A stretch of DNA of 32,000 nucleotides, from assembly GCF_000039765.1 (NCBI RefSeq), contig NC_004459.3, positions 1,620,001 to 1,652,000 of the forward strand, read 5' to 3'. Source of the stretch: Vibrio vulnificus CMCP6. Its GTDB lineage: Bacteria; Pseudomonadota; Gammaproteobacteria; Enterobacterales; Vibrionaceae. The notes under the pieces are model-generated. The model had not been told where the DNA came from. It ran no database searches and saw only the letters and a list, made by a program, of their open reading frames with translations. A program made the position numbers and the translations under genes. Position 1 is the stretch's first letter. Each line of letters begins with the position of its first letter. This document shows positions 1-10,094 of the stretch, one piece after another.

Positions 1-987
1 GAAATTCGTGCCATGGTGGGGGGTAAACGCACGGGATACGATGGTTTTAACCGAGCGATCAACGCCAGCCGTCCGATAGGTTCTTTGGTGAAGCCAGCCG
101 TGTATTTGACGGCGCTAGAACAGCCTGAAAAATACACCTTAGCCACCACGTTGCAAGATACGCCATTAAGTTTGAAAGGCAGTAAAGGCTCGGTATGGGA
201 GCCTCGCAATTTTGATCGACAGTTCCGCGGCGATGTGCCTCTTTATCAGGCGCTGGCGAAATCACTCAATGTGCCCACGGTTCGCCTTGGCATGCAATTG
301 GGGATTGATCAGGTATCCGATACGTTGGCGAGATTAGGGGTAAATCGCAACGAAATTCGCCCAGTCCCTTCGATGTTCCTTGGTGCATTCTCTCTCACAC
401 CGTTGGAAGTGGCGCAGATGTACCAAACCTTGACCAATTCAGGACGAAAAGCGCCGCTCACTGCACTTCGTTCGGTGGTGGATTTGGAAGGACACGTTCT
501 GTATCAGTCGTTGCCCAAATCCTCTCCTGCCGTGAATGAACAGGCAGCATGGCTAACCACGTATGCGATGAAACAAGGGGTAGCACAAGGCACAGGCCGT
601 TATCTGCAAAACCAATTTGCGTGGGCTGCGCTCGCGGGCAAAACCGGCACCAGTAATGATAGCCGAGACAGTTGGTTTGTTGGGGTGGATGGCCGAGAAG
701 TCACCACTATTTGGCTAGGTCGAGATGATAACCAGCCGACCAAGCTGACAGGCGCAAGTGGTGCGTTGCGAGTGTACGCTGAATACCTAAAACAGCGGAC
801 GCCAGAGAAGCTGATTTTGCCTTGGCCAAAAGAGATCACCACCTTGGGGTATCAGCAAAAAAGCGACGGTGAACTCTCGCTCGACTGCTCTAGTCAATTC
901 ACTCTGCCAGTGTGGGATAAACAAGGTGAATTAAAAGCACAGTGTGAAAAATCCTCTAACTGGTTGAATAAATTGCTCAGTTGGTAA
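1..987 (+). CDS. mrcB: Penicillin-binding protein 1B, C-terminal (transpeptidase) portion; 5' end lies outside the window
   Basis: Frame 1 is open from base 1 (EIRAMVGGKR...), so the listed 13..987 ORF is only the Met-delimited part. It carries the class-A PBP KTG box (LAGKTGTSND), followed by WFVGVDG...WLGRDDNQPTKLTGASGA. This matches my memory of the E. coli PBP1B C-terminus. Stop at 985-987. Confidence 0.9.
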   Translation, partial: EIRAMVGGKRTGYDGFNRAINASRPIGSLVKPAVYLTALEQPEKYTLATTLQDTPLSLKGSKGSVWEPRNFDRQFRGDVPLYQALAKSLNVPTVRLGMQLGIDQVSDTLARLGVNRNEIRPVPSMFLGAFSLTPLEVAQMYQTLTNSGRKAPLTALRSVVDLEGHVLYQSLPKSSPAVNEQAAWLTTYAMKQGVAQGTGRYLQNQFAWAALAGKTGTSNDSRDSWFVGVDGREVTTIWLGRDDNQPTKLTGASGALRVYAEYLKQRTPEKLILPWPKEITTLGYQQKSDGELSLDCSSQFTLPVWDKQGELKAQCEKSSNWLNKLLSW

Positions 988-1054
988 TTGTCCCCGTACC
1001 CAATTCGGTGTAAAACTGTTCAGGTTTCGTAAAACAATAAAGGAGAGCAATACC

Positions 1055-3394
1055 GTGTTCAAGGTCGACAAAGGATGGACAAATGGTTTGGCACTTTGGT
1101 CAACCTTGGCGTTTTTGGTATTGCTAACCCCTTTCTACAGTATAAAAAAAGCCGCTGCACAAGAGGCCGCTGTGGCAAAAGACGATGACAGGCCGAAAGT
1201 GGCGGTGGTTTTAGCGGGCGGTGGCGCTAAAGGCGCGGCGCACATTGGTGTGTTGAAAGCGTTGGAAGAGATGCAGATTCCGGTGGATTACATCACGGGC
1301 ACTAGTATGGGCGCGTATGTTGGCGGCTTATACGCTACTGGTATGAGTGCAGATGAGATTGAAAGCTTTATCTACAGCATCGATTGGAACAGTGGTTATC
1401 GTGATCGCGTCGATCGTAGCCAGCGTCGTGTGCGAGATAAAGAGGCGGAAGACCGCTATCAGCTAAGAACCGACATCGGCTTGCGTTTTGGTGAAGTGCA
1501 CGCACCACGTGGTTTTGTGCAAGGACAAAACATGTTACGCATTTTGCGTGAAACCACCGGTAACCTGAACGAATTTGACTCGTTTGATGATCTGGCGATC
1601 CCATATCGTTCTGTTGCGACGGACATCGTCGAGTTACAAGAAGTGGTGATTGATAAAGGCCAACTGGTGGATGCCATGATGGCCAGTATGTCCGTGCCTG
1701 GTGCGTTGCCCCCTTACGAGCTCAATGGGCGCATGTTGGTTGATGGCGGCGTTGTCAACAACATGCCGGTGGATATTGCCAGAGCCATGGGGGCGGATAT
1801 CGTTATTGCTGTCGACATCAGTACCGATTACAAGCAGAAAGAAGACTTTACCAGCATGCTGGTGGTCGCAGATCAGCTGTCTAACTATCTTGTGCGCCGC
1901 AGCACCCAACAACAAGCGGAAAGCTTAGGTGGGCAGGATGTGTACCTGAGACCTGATGTTGGTCAAATGGAAACCACCGAGTTTGTCAAGATGCCAGATG
2001 CGTATCAGGCCGGGTACAAAGCAACCTATCAGATGAAAGAGAAGCTGCAGGCATTGCGACTCAATGGTAGCCAATATCAGCACTATATTGATGGTAAGCA
2101 GCAAGCACGAAAAAGGCTCAACTATGGTGACCAGACTCGCGTCGATCAAATCGTGGTGATCAACAATACCCACTACAGTGATGGTCTACTGACTCGTCGT
2201 CTTGATCTTGAAACTGGCCGAGTATTGAAAACAGGTGAAATTGAAGCGGCGATTGAAAATCTCTATGCCTTGGATCGCTTCGAATTGATCTCTTATCACT
2301 ATGAGGAAGTGGACGGGATCAACCAACTCGTGGTGGTGGTGGATGAAAAATCATGGGGGCCAAATTACGTTAACTTTCGCTTTTTCCTTGAAGATGATTT
2401 CACCACAGACAGCCAATATGGTGTTGGCCTCTCGACCAACTTCACCGATCTGAATTCCCAAGGTGGTGAGTTGACCATTAATTTGGAAATGGGCACTGAT
2501 AAATTAGCCGAGGCGGAGTTTTATTCACCGATCCTCTTCGGGCAAGAGCTATTTGCCACGGCAAAAACCACCTACAGCAGTGATAAACGCAGTATTCCAT
2601 TTTCCGACTTTGACGAGCCGCCACTAGAAAGTGCCTACGATTATTTCCCGATAACCTACTCACAGTTTATTGGTGAGTTGGCGCTGGGATATCAACCAAC
2701 CCTATGGCAAGAGCTGAAACTGGGTGCTCGCTACGCTAAAGGAGATATTGAGCTCTCAACCATTCAATCGGCTGGGTCGAGTAACTTCGAGCGCCTTGGT
2801 GCATTTGTGCAATATCGTTTAGATACCTTAGACAATTATGCTCTTCCCACGCGTGGCGCATACTTGGATATCGAATATTTGGTCTCCCATGATGAAAGCC
2901 CCGAGATATTTGAAAGTGACTTTACCGGCCAATCACAAAGTGACACGGTTCACGAGTTATCGGTGGCAGGACGCTTCGCGACCACGTATAAACGTCATAC
3001 TTTGGTCGGATCGGCAGACTACGAAATTGTACAGAGCAAAAATAACTACATTCCACTGGATCCCAAATCGATCGGTGGTTTCTTAAATTTATCTGGTATT
3101 CCCCGTAATAGCCTGATCGGACAAAACAAATTCTTTACGAGCCTGGTTTATCGCTACCGTTGGTTTGATAATGACTTTGGCATGTTCGAAGCGCCCGTTT
3201 ATCTTGGGGCTTCTCTGGAACACGGTGGTGTTTGGTCGGATACGACGCTGACCCTAAGCCAGGCTCCACTCTATAATGCCGCGAGTGTGTTTGCGGGCAT
3301 TGACTCGCCGATAGGCCCAATTATTTTTGGTTATGGTCGCACTGAGAGAGATTTGGACGCGATCTATTTGATCATTGGTACATCGTTCCACTAG
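1055..3394 (+). CDS. Patatin-like phospholipase fused to a C-terminal Omp85/BamA-type outer-membrane barrel (PlpD-like, type Vd autotransporter architecture)
   Basis: 779-aa ORF with a GTG start at 1055 and AGGAG at 1041-1045 (9-nt spacer). There is an N-terminal hydrophobic signal-like segment at aa 12-27. Patatin motifs are GGGAKG (aa 55-60), GTSMG (aa 82-86, Ser84) and DGG (aa 230-232). The C-terminal ~430 aa are rich in alternating aromatic/polar beta-strand-like segments (e.g. GAYLDIEYLV, FFTSLVYRYRW, IIFGYGRT), as in Omp85 barrels. Confidence 0.8.
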   Translation: MFKVDKGWTNGLALWSTLAFLVLLTPFYSIKKAAAQEAAVAKDDDRPKVAVVLAGGGAKGAAHIGVLKALEEMQIPVDYITGTSMGAYVGGLYATGMSADEIESFIYSIDWNSGYRDRVDRSQRRVRDKEAEDRYQLRTDIGLRFGEVHAPRGFVQGQNMLRILRETTGNLNEFDSFDDLAIPYRSVATDIVELQEVVIDKGQLVDAMMASMSVPGALPPYELNGRMLVDGGVVNNMPVDIARAMGADIVIAVDISTDYKQKEDFTSMLVVADQLSNYLVRRSTQQQAESLGGQDVYLRPDVGQMETTEFVKMPDAYQAGYKATYQMKEKLQALRLNGSQYQHYIDGKQQARKRLNYGDQTRVDQIVVINNTHYSDGLLTRRLDLETGRVLKTGEIEAAIENLYALDRFELISYHYEEVDGINQLVVVVDEKSWGPNYVNFRFFLEDDFTTDSQYGVGLSTNFTDLNSQGGELTINLEMGTDKLAEAEFYSPILFGQELFATAKTTYSSDKRSIPFSDFDEPPLESAYDYFPITYSQFIGELALGYQPTLWQELKLGARYAKGDIELSTIQSAGSSNFERLGAFVQYRLDTLDNYALPTRGAYLDIEYLVSHDESPEIFESDFTGQSQSDTVHELSVAGRFATTYKRHTLVGSADYEIVQSKNNYIPLDPKSIGGFLNLSGIPRNSLIGQNKFFTSLVYRYRWFDNDFGMFEAPVYLGASLEHGGVWSDTTLTLSQAPLYNAASVFAGIDSPIGPIIFGYGRTERDLDAIYLIIGTSFH

Positions 3395-3664
3395 TGATGA
3401 AAAGTTGAACAAAAAAGACGAATAAATAGCTAAATTTAATGGGACTTTAGTCTTAAGTTGCTATGTTGGTCAAAGTGATGAGATTTTAATTTATCGTTAA
3501 ATTTGCTATTCTGTCGCCCACAGTTTGGCCTCTGCGGCGCTGTTTCTCAATCATAATTGAATGAAAACATGGGCAATAGGGAGCCAAGTTTCCAAGGATG
3601 TTCACTCCTTTACTTTGAATCATAGTAATAACAAAAGGAGGAACCGCAATGAGAGGAAAAAGTC

Positions 3665-6262
3665 GTGCTTGAAGCCTACCGTAAACACGTCGAAGAGCGT
3701 GCAGCAGAGGGAGTTGTTCCAAAACCTCTAGATGCAGAACAAGTTGCTGGACTTGTTGAACTTCTGAAAAATCCCCCACAAGGTGAAGAAGAGTTTCTTC
3801 TAGACCTACTTGAAAACCGCATTCCCCCAGGTGTTGATGAAGCCGCGTATGTTAAAGCGGGTTTCCTTGCTGCGGTGATTCGTGGTGAAGCAAGCTCTCC
3901 GCTTGTCAGCCGTGAGCATGCGGCAAAACTGCTTGGCACCATGCAAGGTGGTTACAACATCGAACCATTGGTTGCCTTGCTTGATGATGAAGCTCTGGCG
4001 CCAATCGCCGTTGAAGCGCTGTCTCACACATTACTGATGTTTGACGTTTTCTATGACGTTGAAGAAAAAGCGAAAGCCGGTAATCAATATGCGCAACAAG
4101 TGCTTCAGTCATGGGCTGATGCAGAATGGTTCTTATCAAAACCTGAGCTTGCCGAAAAAATTACTTTAACCGTATTTAAAGTCACGGGTGAAACCAACAC
4201 CGATGATCTGTCTCCAGCTCCGGATGCTTGGTCTCGCCCTGATATTCCTGTTCACGCGTTAGCGATGCTAAAAAATGAGCGTGAAGGCATTGTGCCAGAT
4301 CAGCCTGGCAGCATTGGCCCGATCAAACAGATTGAAGCGCTAAAAGAACAAGGCCACCAACTTGTTTATGTTGGTGATGTTGTGGGTACAGGCTCATCGC
4401 GTAAATCAGCAACGAACTCAGTGCTGTGGTTTATGGGTGATGACATTCCTTACGTACCAAACAAACGTGCTGGTGGTTATGTCTTGGGTGGCAAAATTGC
4501 ACCTATCTTCTTTAACACCATGGAAGATGCGGGTGCGCTACCGATCGAAGTCGACGTGTCCAAGCTCAATATGGGCGATGTGATTGATGTCTACCCATAC
4601 CAAGGCAAAGTGGCCAACCATGCTACCGGTGACGTTCTTGCTGAATTCTCACTAAAAACCGATGTGTTGATTGATGAAGTTCGTGCAGGTGGCCGTATTC
4701 CACTGATCATCGGTCGTGGTTTGACAGAAAAAGCACGTCAATCACTAGGCTTAGCGCCGTCTGATGTATTCCGCAAACCAGCGGATGTTGCAGATTCGGG
4801 CAAAGGCTACACGCTTGCTCAGAAAATGGTGGGTAAAGCATGTGGCGTAACGGGCATTCGCCCAGGGACCTACTGTGAACCTAAAATGACCACCGTTGGT
4901 TCGCAAGACACCACTGGCCCAATGACGCGTGATGAGCTAAAAGACCTTGCTTGTCTTGGCTTCTCTGCCGATCTTGTGATGCAGTCTTTCTGTCACACGT
5001 CAGCGTATCCAAAACCTGTCGATGTGAACACACACCATACTCTGCCTGATTTCATCATGAATCGCGGCGGTGTGTCACTGCGCCCAGGCGATGGTGTTAT
5101 CCACTCATGGCTAAACCGCATGCTGTTGCCTGATACTGTCGGTACAGGTGGTGACTCGCATACTCGTTTCCCATTGGGTATTTCATTCCCAGCAGGTTCT
5201 GGTCTCGTTGCGTTTGCGGCAGCGACAGGTGTTATGCCTCTGGATATGCCTGAGTCAATCTTGGTGCGCTTTAAAGGCGAAATACAGCCAGGTATTACGC
5301 TGCGTGATCTTGTCCATGCCATTCCTTATTACGGCATCAAGCAAGGTCTTTTAACGGTTGAGAAAGCTGGTAAGATCAACGAATTCTCTGGTCGTATTCT
5401 GGAAATCGAAGGGGTAGAACACCTCACGGTTGAGCAAGCGTTTGAACTGTCTGATGCATCAGCTGAGCGCTCAGCGGCAGGTTGTACAGTGAAACTTTCT
5501 CAAGCATCGATCGAAGAATACCTCAACTCGAACATCGTGATGCTGAAGTGGATGATTTCAGAAGGTTACGGTGATCGTCGTACTATTGAGCGTCGTATCG
5601 TTGCGATGCAAGAGTGGTTAGCAAGCCCAGAATTGATGTCGGCAGACCGTGATGCAGAATACGCACACGTGATTGAAATTGATCTCGCGGAAATCAAAGA
5701 GCCGATTCTTTGTGCGCCAAACGATCCAGACGACGCTCGTCTGCTTTCTGATGTTCAAGGCACGCAAATCGACGAAGTGTTCATTGGTTCGTGTATGACC
5801 AACATTGGTCACTTCCGCGCTGCGGGTAAGTTGCTAGAGAAGTTCAAAGGTCAGCTTGATACGCGTCTGTGGATTGCACCACCAACCAAGATGGACCGTG
5901 ACCAACTGACTGAAGAAGGTTACTACGGTATTTACGGTCGCGCTGGGGTTCGTATTGAAACTCCGGGATGTTCGCTGTGTATGGGTAACCAAGCGCGCGT
6001 TGCAGACAAAACCACGGTGATGTCGACCTCAACACGTAACTTCCCGAACCGTTTAGGTACAGGTGCGAACGTCTATCTGTCATCAGCCGAATTGGCGGCA
6101 GTCGGTGCGATTCTTGGCCGAATCCCAACGGTAGAAGAGTACATGGAATATGCGAAACAGTTGGATGCAACGGCGGCGGATACCTACCGTTACCTCAACT
6201 TCCACCTGATGGGGCAGTACACCAAAAAAGCCGACACAGTGATTTTCCAACAGCCGGCTTAA
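3665..6262 (+). CDS. acnB: Aconitate hydratase 2 / 2-methylisocitrate dehydratase (AcnB)
   Basis: 865 aa, the same length as E. coli AcnB. It is near-colinear with my memory of that protein from MLE.YRKHV.ERAAEG through [17 protein letters not shown] and [11 protein letters not shown] (Fe-S ligand region). GTG start at 3665 with GAGAGGAAA just upstream. Confidence 0.95.
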   Translation: MLEAYRKHVEERAAEGVVPKPLDAEQVAGLVELLKNPPQGEEEFLLDLLENRIPPGVDEAAYVKAGFLAAVIRGEASSPLVSREHAAKLLGTMQGGYNIEPLVALLDDEALAPIAVEALSHTLLMFDVFYDVEEKAKAGNQYAQQVLQSWADAEWFLSKPELAEKITLTVFKVTGETNTDDLSPAPDAWSRPDIPVHALAMLKNEREGIVPDQPGSIGPIKQIEALKEQGHQLVYVGDVVGTGSSRKSATNSVLWFMGDDIPYVPNKRAGGYVLGGKIAPIFFNTMEDAGALPIEVDVSKLNMGDVIDVYPYQGKVANHATGDVLAEFSLKTDVLIDEVRAGGRIPLIIGRGLTEKARQSLGLAPSDVFRKPADVADSGKGYTLAQKMVGKACGVTGIRPGTYCEPKMTTVGSQDTTGPMTRDELKDLACLGFSADLVMQSFCHTSAYPKPVDVNTHHTLPDFIMNRGGVSLRPGDGVIHSWLNRMLLPDTVGTGGDSHTRFPLGISFPAGSGLVAFAAATGVMPLDMPESILVRFKGEIQPGITLRDLVHAIPYYGIKQGLLTVEKAGKINEFSGRILEIEGVEHLTVEQAFELSDASAERSAAGCTVKLSQASIEEYLNSNIVMLKWMISEGYGDRRTIERRIVAMQEWLASPELMSADRDAEYAHVIEIDLAEIKEPILCAPNDPDDARLLSDVQGTQIDEVFIGSCMTNIGHFRAAGKLLEKFKGQLDTRLWIAPPTKMDRDQLTEEGYYGIYGRAGVRIETPGCSLCMGNQARVADKTTVMSTSTRNFPNRLGTGANVYLSSAELAAVGAILGRIPTVEEYMEYAKQLDATAADTYRYLNFHLMGQYTKKADTVIFQQPA

Positions 6263-6278
6263 TAAAATCTTCGATAAT

Positions 6279-6309
6279 AAAAAACCGCTGAATTTTCAGC
6301 GGTTTTTTT
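6279..6309. terminator. Bidirectional rho-independent terminator between convergent acnB and glycerate kinase genes
   Basis: A6-CCGCTG-aatttt-CAGCGG-T7. The GC stem is flanked by an A-run on one side and a T-run on the other, so it reads as hairpin plus U-tract on both strands. Confidence 0.8.
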
Positions 6310-6323
6310 ACGTTAAGTAAAGT

Positions 6324-7460
6324 TTAACGGCGAGTCATACAAAAAGCAGCGGCAACGTTTCTTGCCGTTAGTTCTACGTTTTCCGCGGCTTCTGCCAACG
6401 CGGTTGGCAGATCAACGGAGCGATTGACCACGGCGAAAACGGCATCGAGGCCATGCTCATGGACCACTCCGCAATCGGCCGACAGACAACCCGCGATGCC
6501 AATCACCGGCAAGCTGTGCTTTTTCGCTGTGCGCGCGACACCGATCGGGGTTTTGCCATGAATGGTTTGGCTGTCGATACGACCTTCACCTGTGATCACC
6601 AGATCCGCATCAGCAACGATTTCATCTAAGCGAACCGCATCCATGACAATCTCAATACCAGGGCGAAGCTCGGCGTTAAGCAAGCCTAGTAGCGCCGCAC
6701 CCATACCACCGGCTGCGCCTGCACCGGCCATATCACGAACATCCACGCCAAGTTGCTGTTTAATGATCGCGGCATAGTGCGCTAAGTTTTTGTCCAAAAT
6801 TGTGACCATCTCTGGCGTTGCCCCTTTTTGTGGCCCAAAGACAGCGGAAGCGCCTTTTGGTCCACATAGTGGGTTATCAACATCACACGCCACTTCAAGA
6901 CGAACTTGAGCCAAACGAGGATCGAGTTGAGAGCAGTCAATCGTTGCCAATTTCGCTAGCTCACCGCCACCATGGCCAAGTGCATTTCCTTGTGCATCAA
7001 GTAGTTTGATGCCGAGAGCCTGCGCCATACCAATGCCACCATCGTTGGTCGCGCTGCCGCCGATGCCTACGATAATGTGTTTCACACCGTGGTCGAGGGC
7101 GGCTTTGATCAACTCGCCCGTCCCAAACGTTGTGGTGATGAGTGGGTTGCGCTGATCTGGTGTCACAAGGTGTAAGCCAGAAGCGGCCGCCATCTCGATG
7201 ACTGCGGTTTTGCCTTCGCCGAGCAAACCAAAAAAGCCATCGACACGCTGGCCAAGTGGGCCCGTAACGGTATGTTCGATGATGGTGCCACCAGTGGCGT
7301 CAACCATCGATTGCACCGTTCCTTCTCCACCATCTGCCATAGGGAGCTTCACGTAGTGTGCATCGGGTAAGACTTGCTTAAATCCTTTTTCAATCGCGAT
7401 GGCCACATCCATGGCAGTAAGGCTTTCTTTATAGGAATCTGGAGCAATTATAATTTTCAT
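6324..7460 (-). CDS. glxK: Glycerate kinase (GlxK/GarK family)
   Basis: 378 aa. MKIIIAPDSYKESL...PMADGGEGTV...GIGGSATNDGG...ACDVDNPL.G..GA.AVFGPQKGATPEMV...ITGEGRIDSQT..GK.P.GVA matches my memory of E. coli GlxK almost block for block. GAGG Shine-Dalgarno 5 nt before the ATG. Confidence 0.9.
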   Translation of the reverse strand: MKIIIAPDSYKESLTAMDVAIAIEKGFKQVLPDAHYVKLPMADGGEGTVQSMVDATGGTIIEHTVTGPLGQRVDGFFGLLGEGKTAVIEMAAASGLHLVTPDQRNPLITTTFGTGELIKAALDHGVKHIIVGIGGSATNDGGIGMAQALGIKLLDAQGNALGHGGGELAKLATIDCSQLDPRLAQVRLEVACDVDNPLCGPKGASAVFGPQKGATPEMVTILDKNLAHYAAIIKQQLGVDVRDMAGAGAAGGMGAALLGLLNAELRPGIEIVMDAVRLDEIVADADLVITGEGRIDSQTIHGKTPIGVARTAKKHSLPVIGIAGCLSADCGVVHEHGLDAVFAVVNRSVDLPTALAEAAENVELTARNVAAAFCMTRR

Positions 7461-7474
7461 GTTTACCTCAATGC

Positions 7475-8740
7475 TTATACAAACAGACCAAATACGCCGA
7501 ACATCATGACAGAGACAAAAGCGATCATTAAGCCAACCGCAGACTCATAAGGAATCAGTTTTAAACGCTCACGAATGTCCATATGAACAGCGCCGCCCGT
7601 TGCGTGGAAGAAGCTACCATGTGGCATATGGTCAAGAACAGTGGCACCAGAATGAATCATGGCTGCCCCCGCTAATGCAGGTACTCCCAGTTCAAGAATG
7701 GTGTGACTAAATACGTTAGATGCAACGGCGGTTCCTGCTGTGGTGGATGCTGTTGCAAGTGACATCATTGCACCGGAAATCGGGGCAAGGAGATAGGACG
7801 GTAAACCCGAAGCGGTGAGAATATCGATCAAGCCATTTTTAAGCCCTGAGTTTGCGATAATACCTGCGAGAGTACCTGTGCCAAGCAGCATGACGGCAAC
7901 CGGTGCCATGCGCGAAAGGCCAGAGACTGCAAAGTGGTTGGTATCGGCGAATCGACCCATCACCACGGCACCGAGCAAACCGCCTAAAGGCAAGGCGATG
8001 AGCGGATCAACGTTGATGCCGGCAATTGGGCGTAAAGCCAATAGTGCAATTGCCACCAATGGCGCGACAATGGCAGCGCCAAATTTTGGCAGTTTGCTGT
8101 GATCCACTGCAATGACTTCGCTGGCCGCGACTTTAGACCCCTTATTGACCAGACGTTTCGCAATGAAATACGCCAATACCAAACCACAAAGACCAGGAAT
8201 CACACCAGCTGCCATCACAGAGGTTAATGGCACATTAAAGGCATCAGCGGCTGCGATTGCATTGGGATTTGGCGACATTACGTTACCGGCTTTACCGCCC
8301 CCGACCATGGCAAGCAAAATCGCGGTTTTAGAGATATCAGCACGGCGAGCAATCGCCAACGCAATCGGAGAAACCGTAATGACGGCGACATCAACAAAAA
8401 CGCCAACGGCAGTCAGAATCATGGTCGCCAATGCCAGGGCGAGAAGCGCGCGTGTTTCCCCCACTTTTTTGACGATCGTCTCTGCGATCGATGTTGCTGC
8501 GCCAGATTCAATCAAAACGCCAGCCAAAACACCGGCGGCAAGAATACGTAAAACCGCGGTCACAATACCTTGTGCGCCGCCGATCATTAGAGAAACTGTG
8601 TCGGTCAGTGAAACACCACCAATCACACCGCCGATAAGAGCGCCAATGATCATGCCGTACGCGGGTGGGACTTTTTTCAGTATGAGCGCAATGGCCACCA
8701 CTAAGGCAGCTAAGGCTCCGAGGGTAGAGACTTCAATCAT
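7475..8740 (-). CDS. GntP-family anion:H+ permease (probable glycerate/sugar-acid transporter)
   Basis: 421-aa, very hydrophobic multi-TM protein of GntP-family length and composition. It lies 14 nt upstream of the glycerate kinase gene and downstream of a CdaR-type regulator. Substrate is inferred from context only. Confidence 0.75.
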   Translation of the reverse strand: MIEVSTLGALAALVVAIALILKKVPPAYGMIIGALIGGVIGGVSLTDTVSLMIGGAQGIVTAVLRILAAGVLAGVLIESGAATSIAETIVKKVGETRALLALALATMILTAVGVFVDVAVITVSPIALAIARRADISKTAILLAMVGGGKAGNVMSPNPNAIAAADAFNVPLTSVMAAGVIPGLCGLVLAYFIAKRLVNKGSKVAASEVIAVDHSKLPKFGAAIVAPLVAIALLALRPIAGINVDPLIALPLGGLLGAVVMGRFADTNHFAVSGLSRMAPVAVMLLGTGTLAGIIANSGLKNGLIDILTASGLPSYLLAPISGAMMSLATASTTAGTAVASNVFSHTILELGVPALAGAAMIHSGATVLDHMPHGSFFHATGGAVHMDIRERLKLIPYESAVGLMIAFVSVMMFGVFGLFV

Positions 8741-8827
8741 GTTCCATTTCCATATTATTGATAAGAGTATTTTTTGCTCGAATATAGAGATGGAATCTGA
8801 TCGGGTCTTTAGTCGTTACAACAAATT

Positions 8828-10024
8828 TCACCCAGCTGACTGCTTTGTTTTTTGTGCATCTGCACAATTTCTTTGTTTTGAGGAGAACAACTCTAGCGCG
8901 ATATAGAGTTGGAAGGTGTTATTTAAGTTATTGAAATTTAATGATGTTATATCTTCAATCTTTTCAATTCGATAGCGGAGGGTATTACGATGGATATGAA
9001 GCGCTTGGCAAGTTCGACATGCATCACAGTTCTGAGCAAAATACGCGGTGAGGGTTTTGAGTAGCACGCCTTTGCTGTCTTTTTTTTGCAGTTTCAGTAA
9101 TGGAGCCTGCAATTGTTCGGCTTTCCAGGGTTGTGAAAGGAGATCGCTCATCAACACAGGTAGCTTATGATCTTGGTAGAAGAAAACCGTGCCAGATTGC
9201 TCAGCCATCAATTGCATGGTGAGTTTGGCGGTTTCAAAAGATTGGGCTAATCCTGCCAATCCTTCAAAGTAGTCTCCGAGCGCAATTTTAATTGAGAAGT
9301 TCCCTTCTTTACTTACCCGCTTTAGCAACTGGTTGATGCGCTTGGTTTCCACCTCTTTGGACCAACCGTTGTCGGTTAGGCTTATCGGTTTTAACACCAC
9401 CACCTCGTTATTAGAGACAGATAAAATACCAACGAGATTGTCACGTTCAGGATACTCAAGTAGGTGAACGATCTGTTGTAAATGCTCCAACGAGAGTGAG
9501 GTTTGTTTATCAGGAAAAACCTTGACCACAGCAGCTATTCTCGGCTCACTCAAATTTAAGCCAAGTCGCTCTGCAATGGAGTTCAACTGGTTGTCATTCA
9601 GCGTCGCGCCAGAGATAAGCTGCAGAACCAACTCTTCCCTGTGTCGCTTATTCCATTGCACTTGAGACATGAGGGCTGCTTGCTCAACGATGAGCTCTGC
9701 GGTCATCTTAACCAGTTCGCCATAATGCTTCACTTCGTCTGGTGCGCCGGATACGCCAATGACGCCAATGACTTGTTCTAGAAAAAGGATTGGTAAGTTG
9801 ATCCCAGGCTTAACCCCTTTTAAATGGCTGGCGGTGGCTTTATCGATCTCAACCACTCGACACTCCGTAATTGCGAGCACGGCACCTTCATGTTTTTGTT
9901 GCAGTCGCGATGGATCCCCCGAACCAATAATTCTCCCTTGATCGTCCATCACATTGACCGAATAGGGGATGATCTTCATGGTGCGTTCGACAATTTGCCG
10001 TGCAATAGTTTCGTTCAGTTTCAT
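8828..10024 (-). CDS. cdaR: CdaR-family (sugar diacid / carbohydrate diacid) transcriptional regulator
   Basis: I chose the internal ATG at 10024 (MKLNETIARQIVERTMKII...VNVMDDQGRIIGSGDPSRLQQKHEGA). This is the typical CdaR N-terminus, and it leaves a 70-bp divergent promoter region before yacL. C-terminal PucR-type HTH (CQALHIHRNTLRYRIEKIE). The ORF-track start at 10096 would overlap the yacL start. Confidence 0.8.
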   Translation of the reverse strand: MKLNETIARQIVERTMKIIPYSVNVMDDQGRIIGSGDPSRLQQKHEGAVLAITECRVVEIDKATASHLKGVKPGINLPILFLEQVIGVIGVSGAPDEVKHYGELVKMTAELIVEQAALMSQVQWNKRHREELVLQLISGATLNDNQLNSIAERLGLNLSEPRIAAVVKVFPDKQTSLSLEHLQQIVHLLEYPERDNLVGILSVSNNEVVVLKPISLTDNGWSKEVETKRINQLLKRVSKEGNFSIKIALGDYFEGLAGLAQSFETAKLTMQLMAEQSGTVFFYQDHKLPVLMSDLLSQPWKAEQLQAPLLKLQKKDSKGVLLKTLTAYFAQNCDACRTCQALHIHRNTLRYRIEKIEDITSLNFNNLNNTFQLYIALELFSSKQRNCADAQKTKQSAG

Positions 10025-10094
10025 GCTTGAGAGTGGAGTCCAAGTGAGAATTTGTCGATAATAGTACCTGATCTCGTTATCAATAGAGAAAAAC

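Noticed and set aside
1055-3394. Patatin gene as an anti-phage (CBASS-type) effector
   Set aside because: There is no cyclase, sensor or other defence gene nearby. The lipase is fused to a signal sequence and an Omp85-like barrel, which points to secretion or surface display rather than abortive infection.
3486-3779. 97-codon minus-strand ORF spanning the acnB leader and start
   Set aside because: It overlaps the highly conserved acnB N-terminus in antisense. It has no SD and no recognisable domain.
8112-8906. 264-codon plus-strand ORF lying antisense to the GntP permease gene
   Set aside because: The sequence is low-complexity and Ala/Thr/Pro/Ile-rich, as is typical of the reverse frame of a membrane-protein gene. 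It has no SD and no recognisable motif, and it fully overlaps a well-supported CDS.
6263-10094. Treating the cdaR-permease-glxK insert as a mobile genomic island
   Set aside because: It has no integrase or transposase, no flanking direct or inverted repeats, and no adjacent tRNA. Base composition looks like the neighbours. At most it is an old lineage-specific insertion; see the finding.
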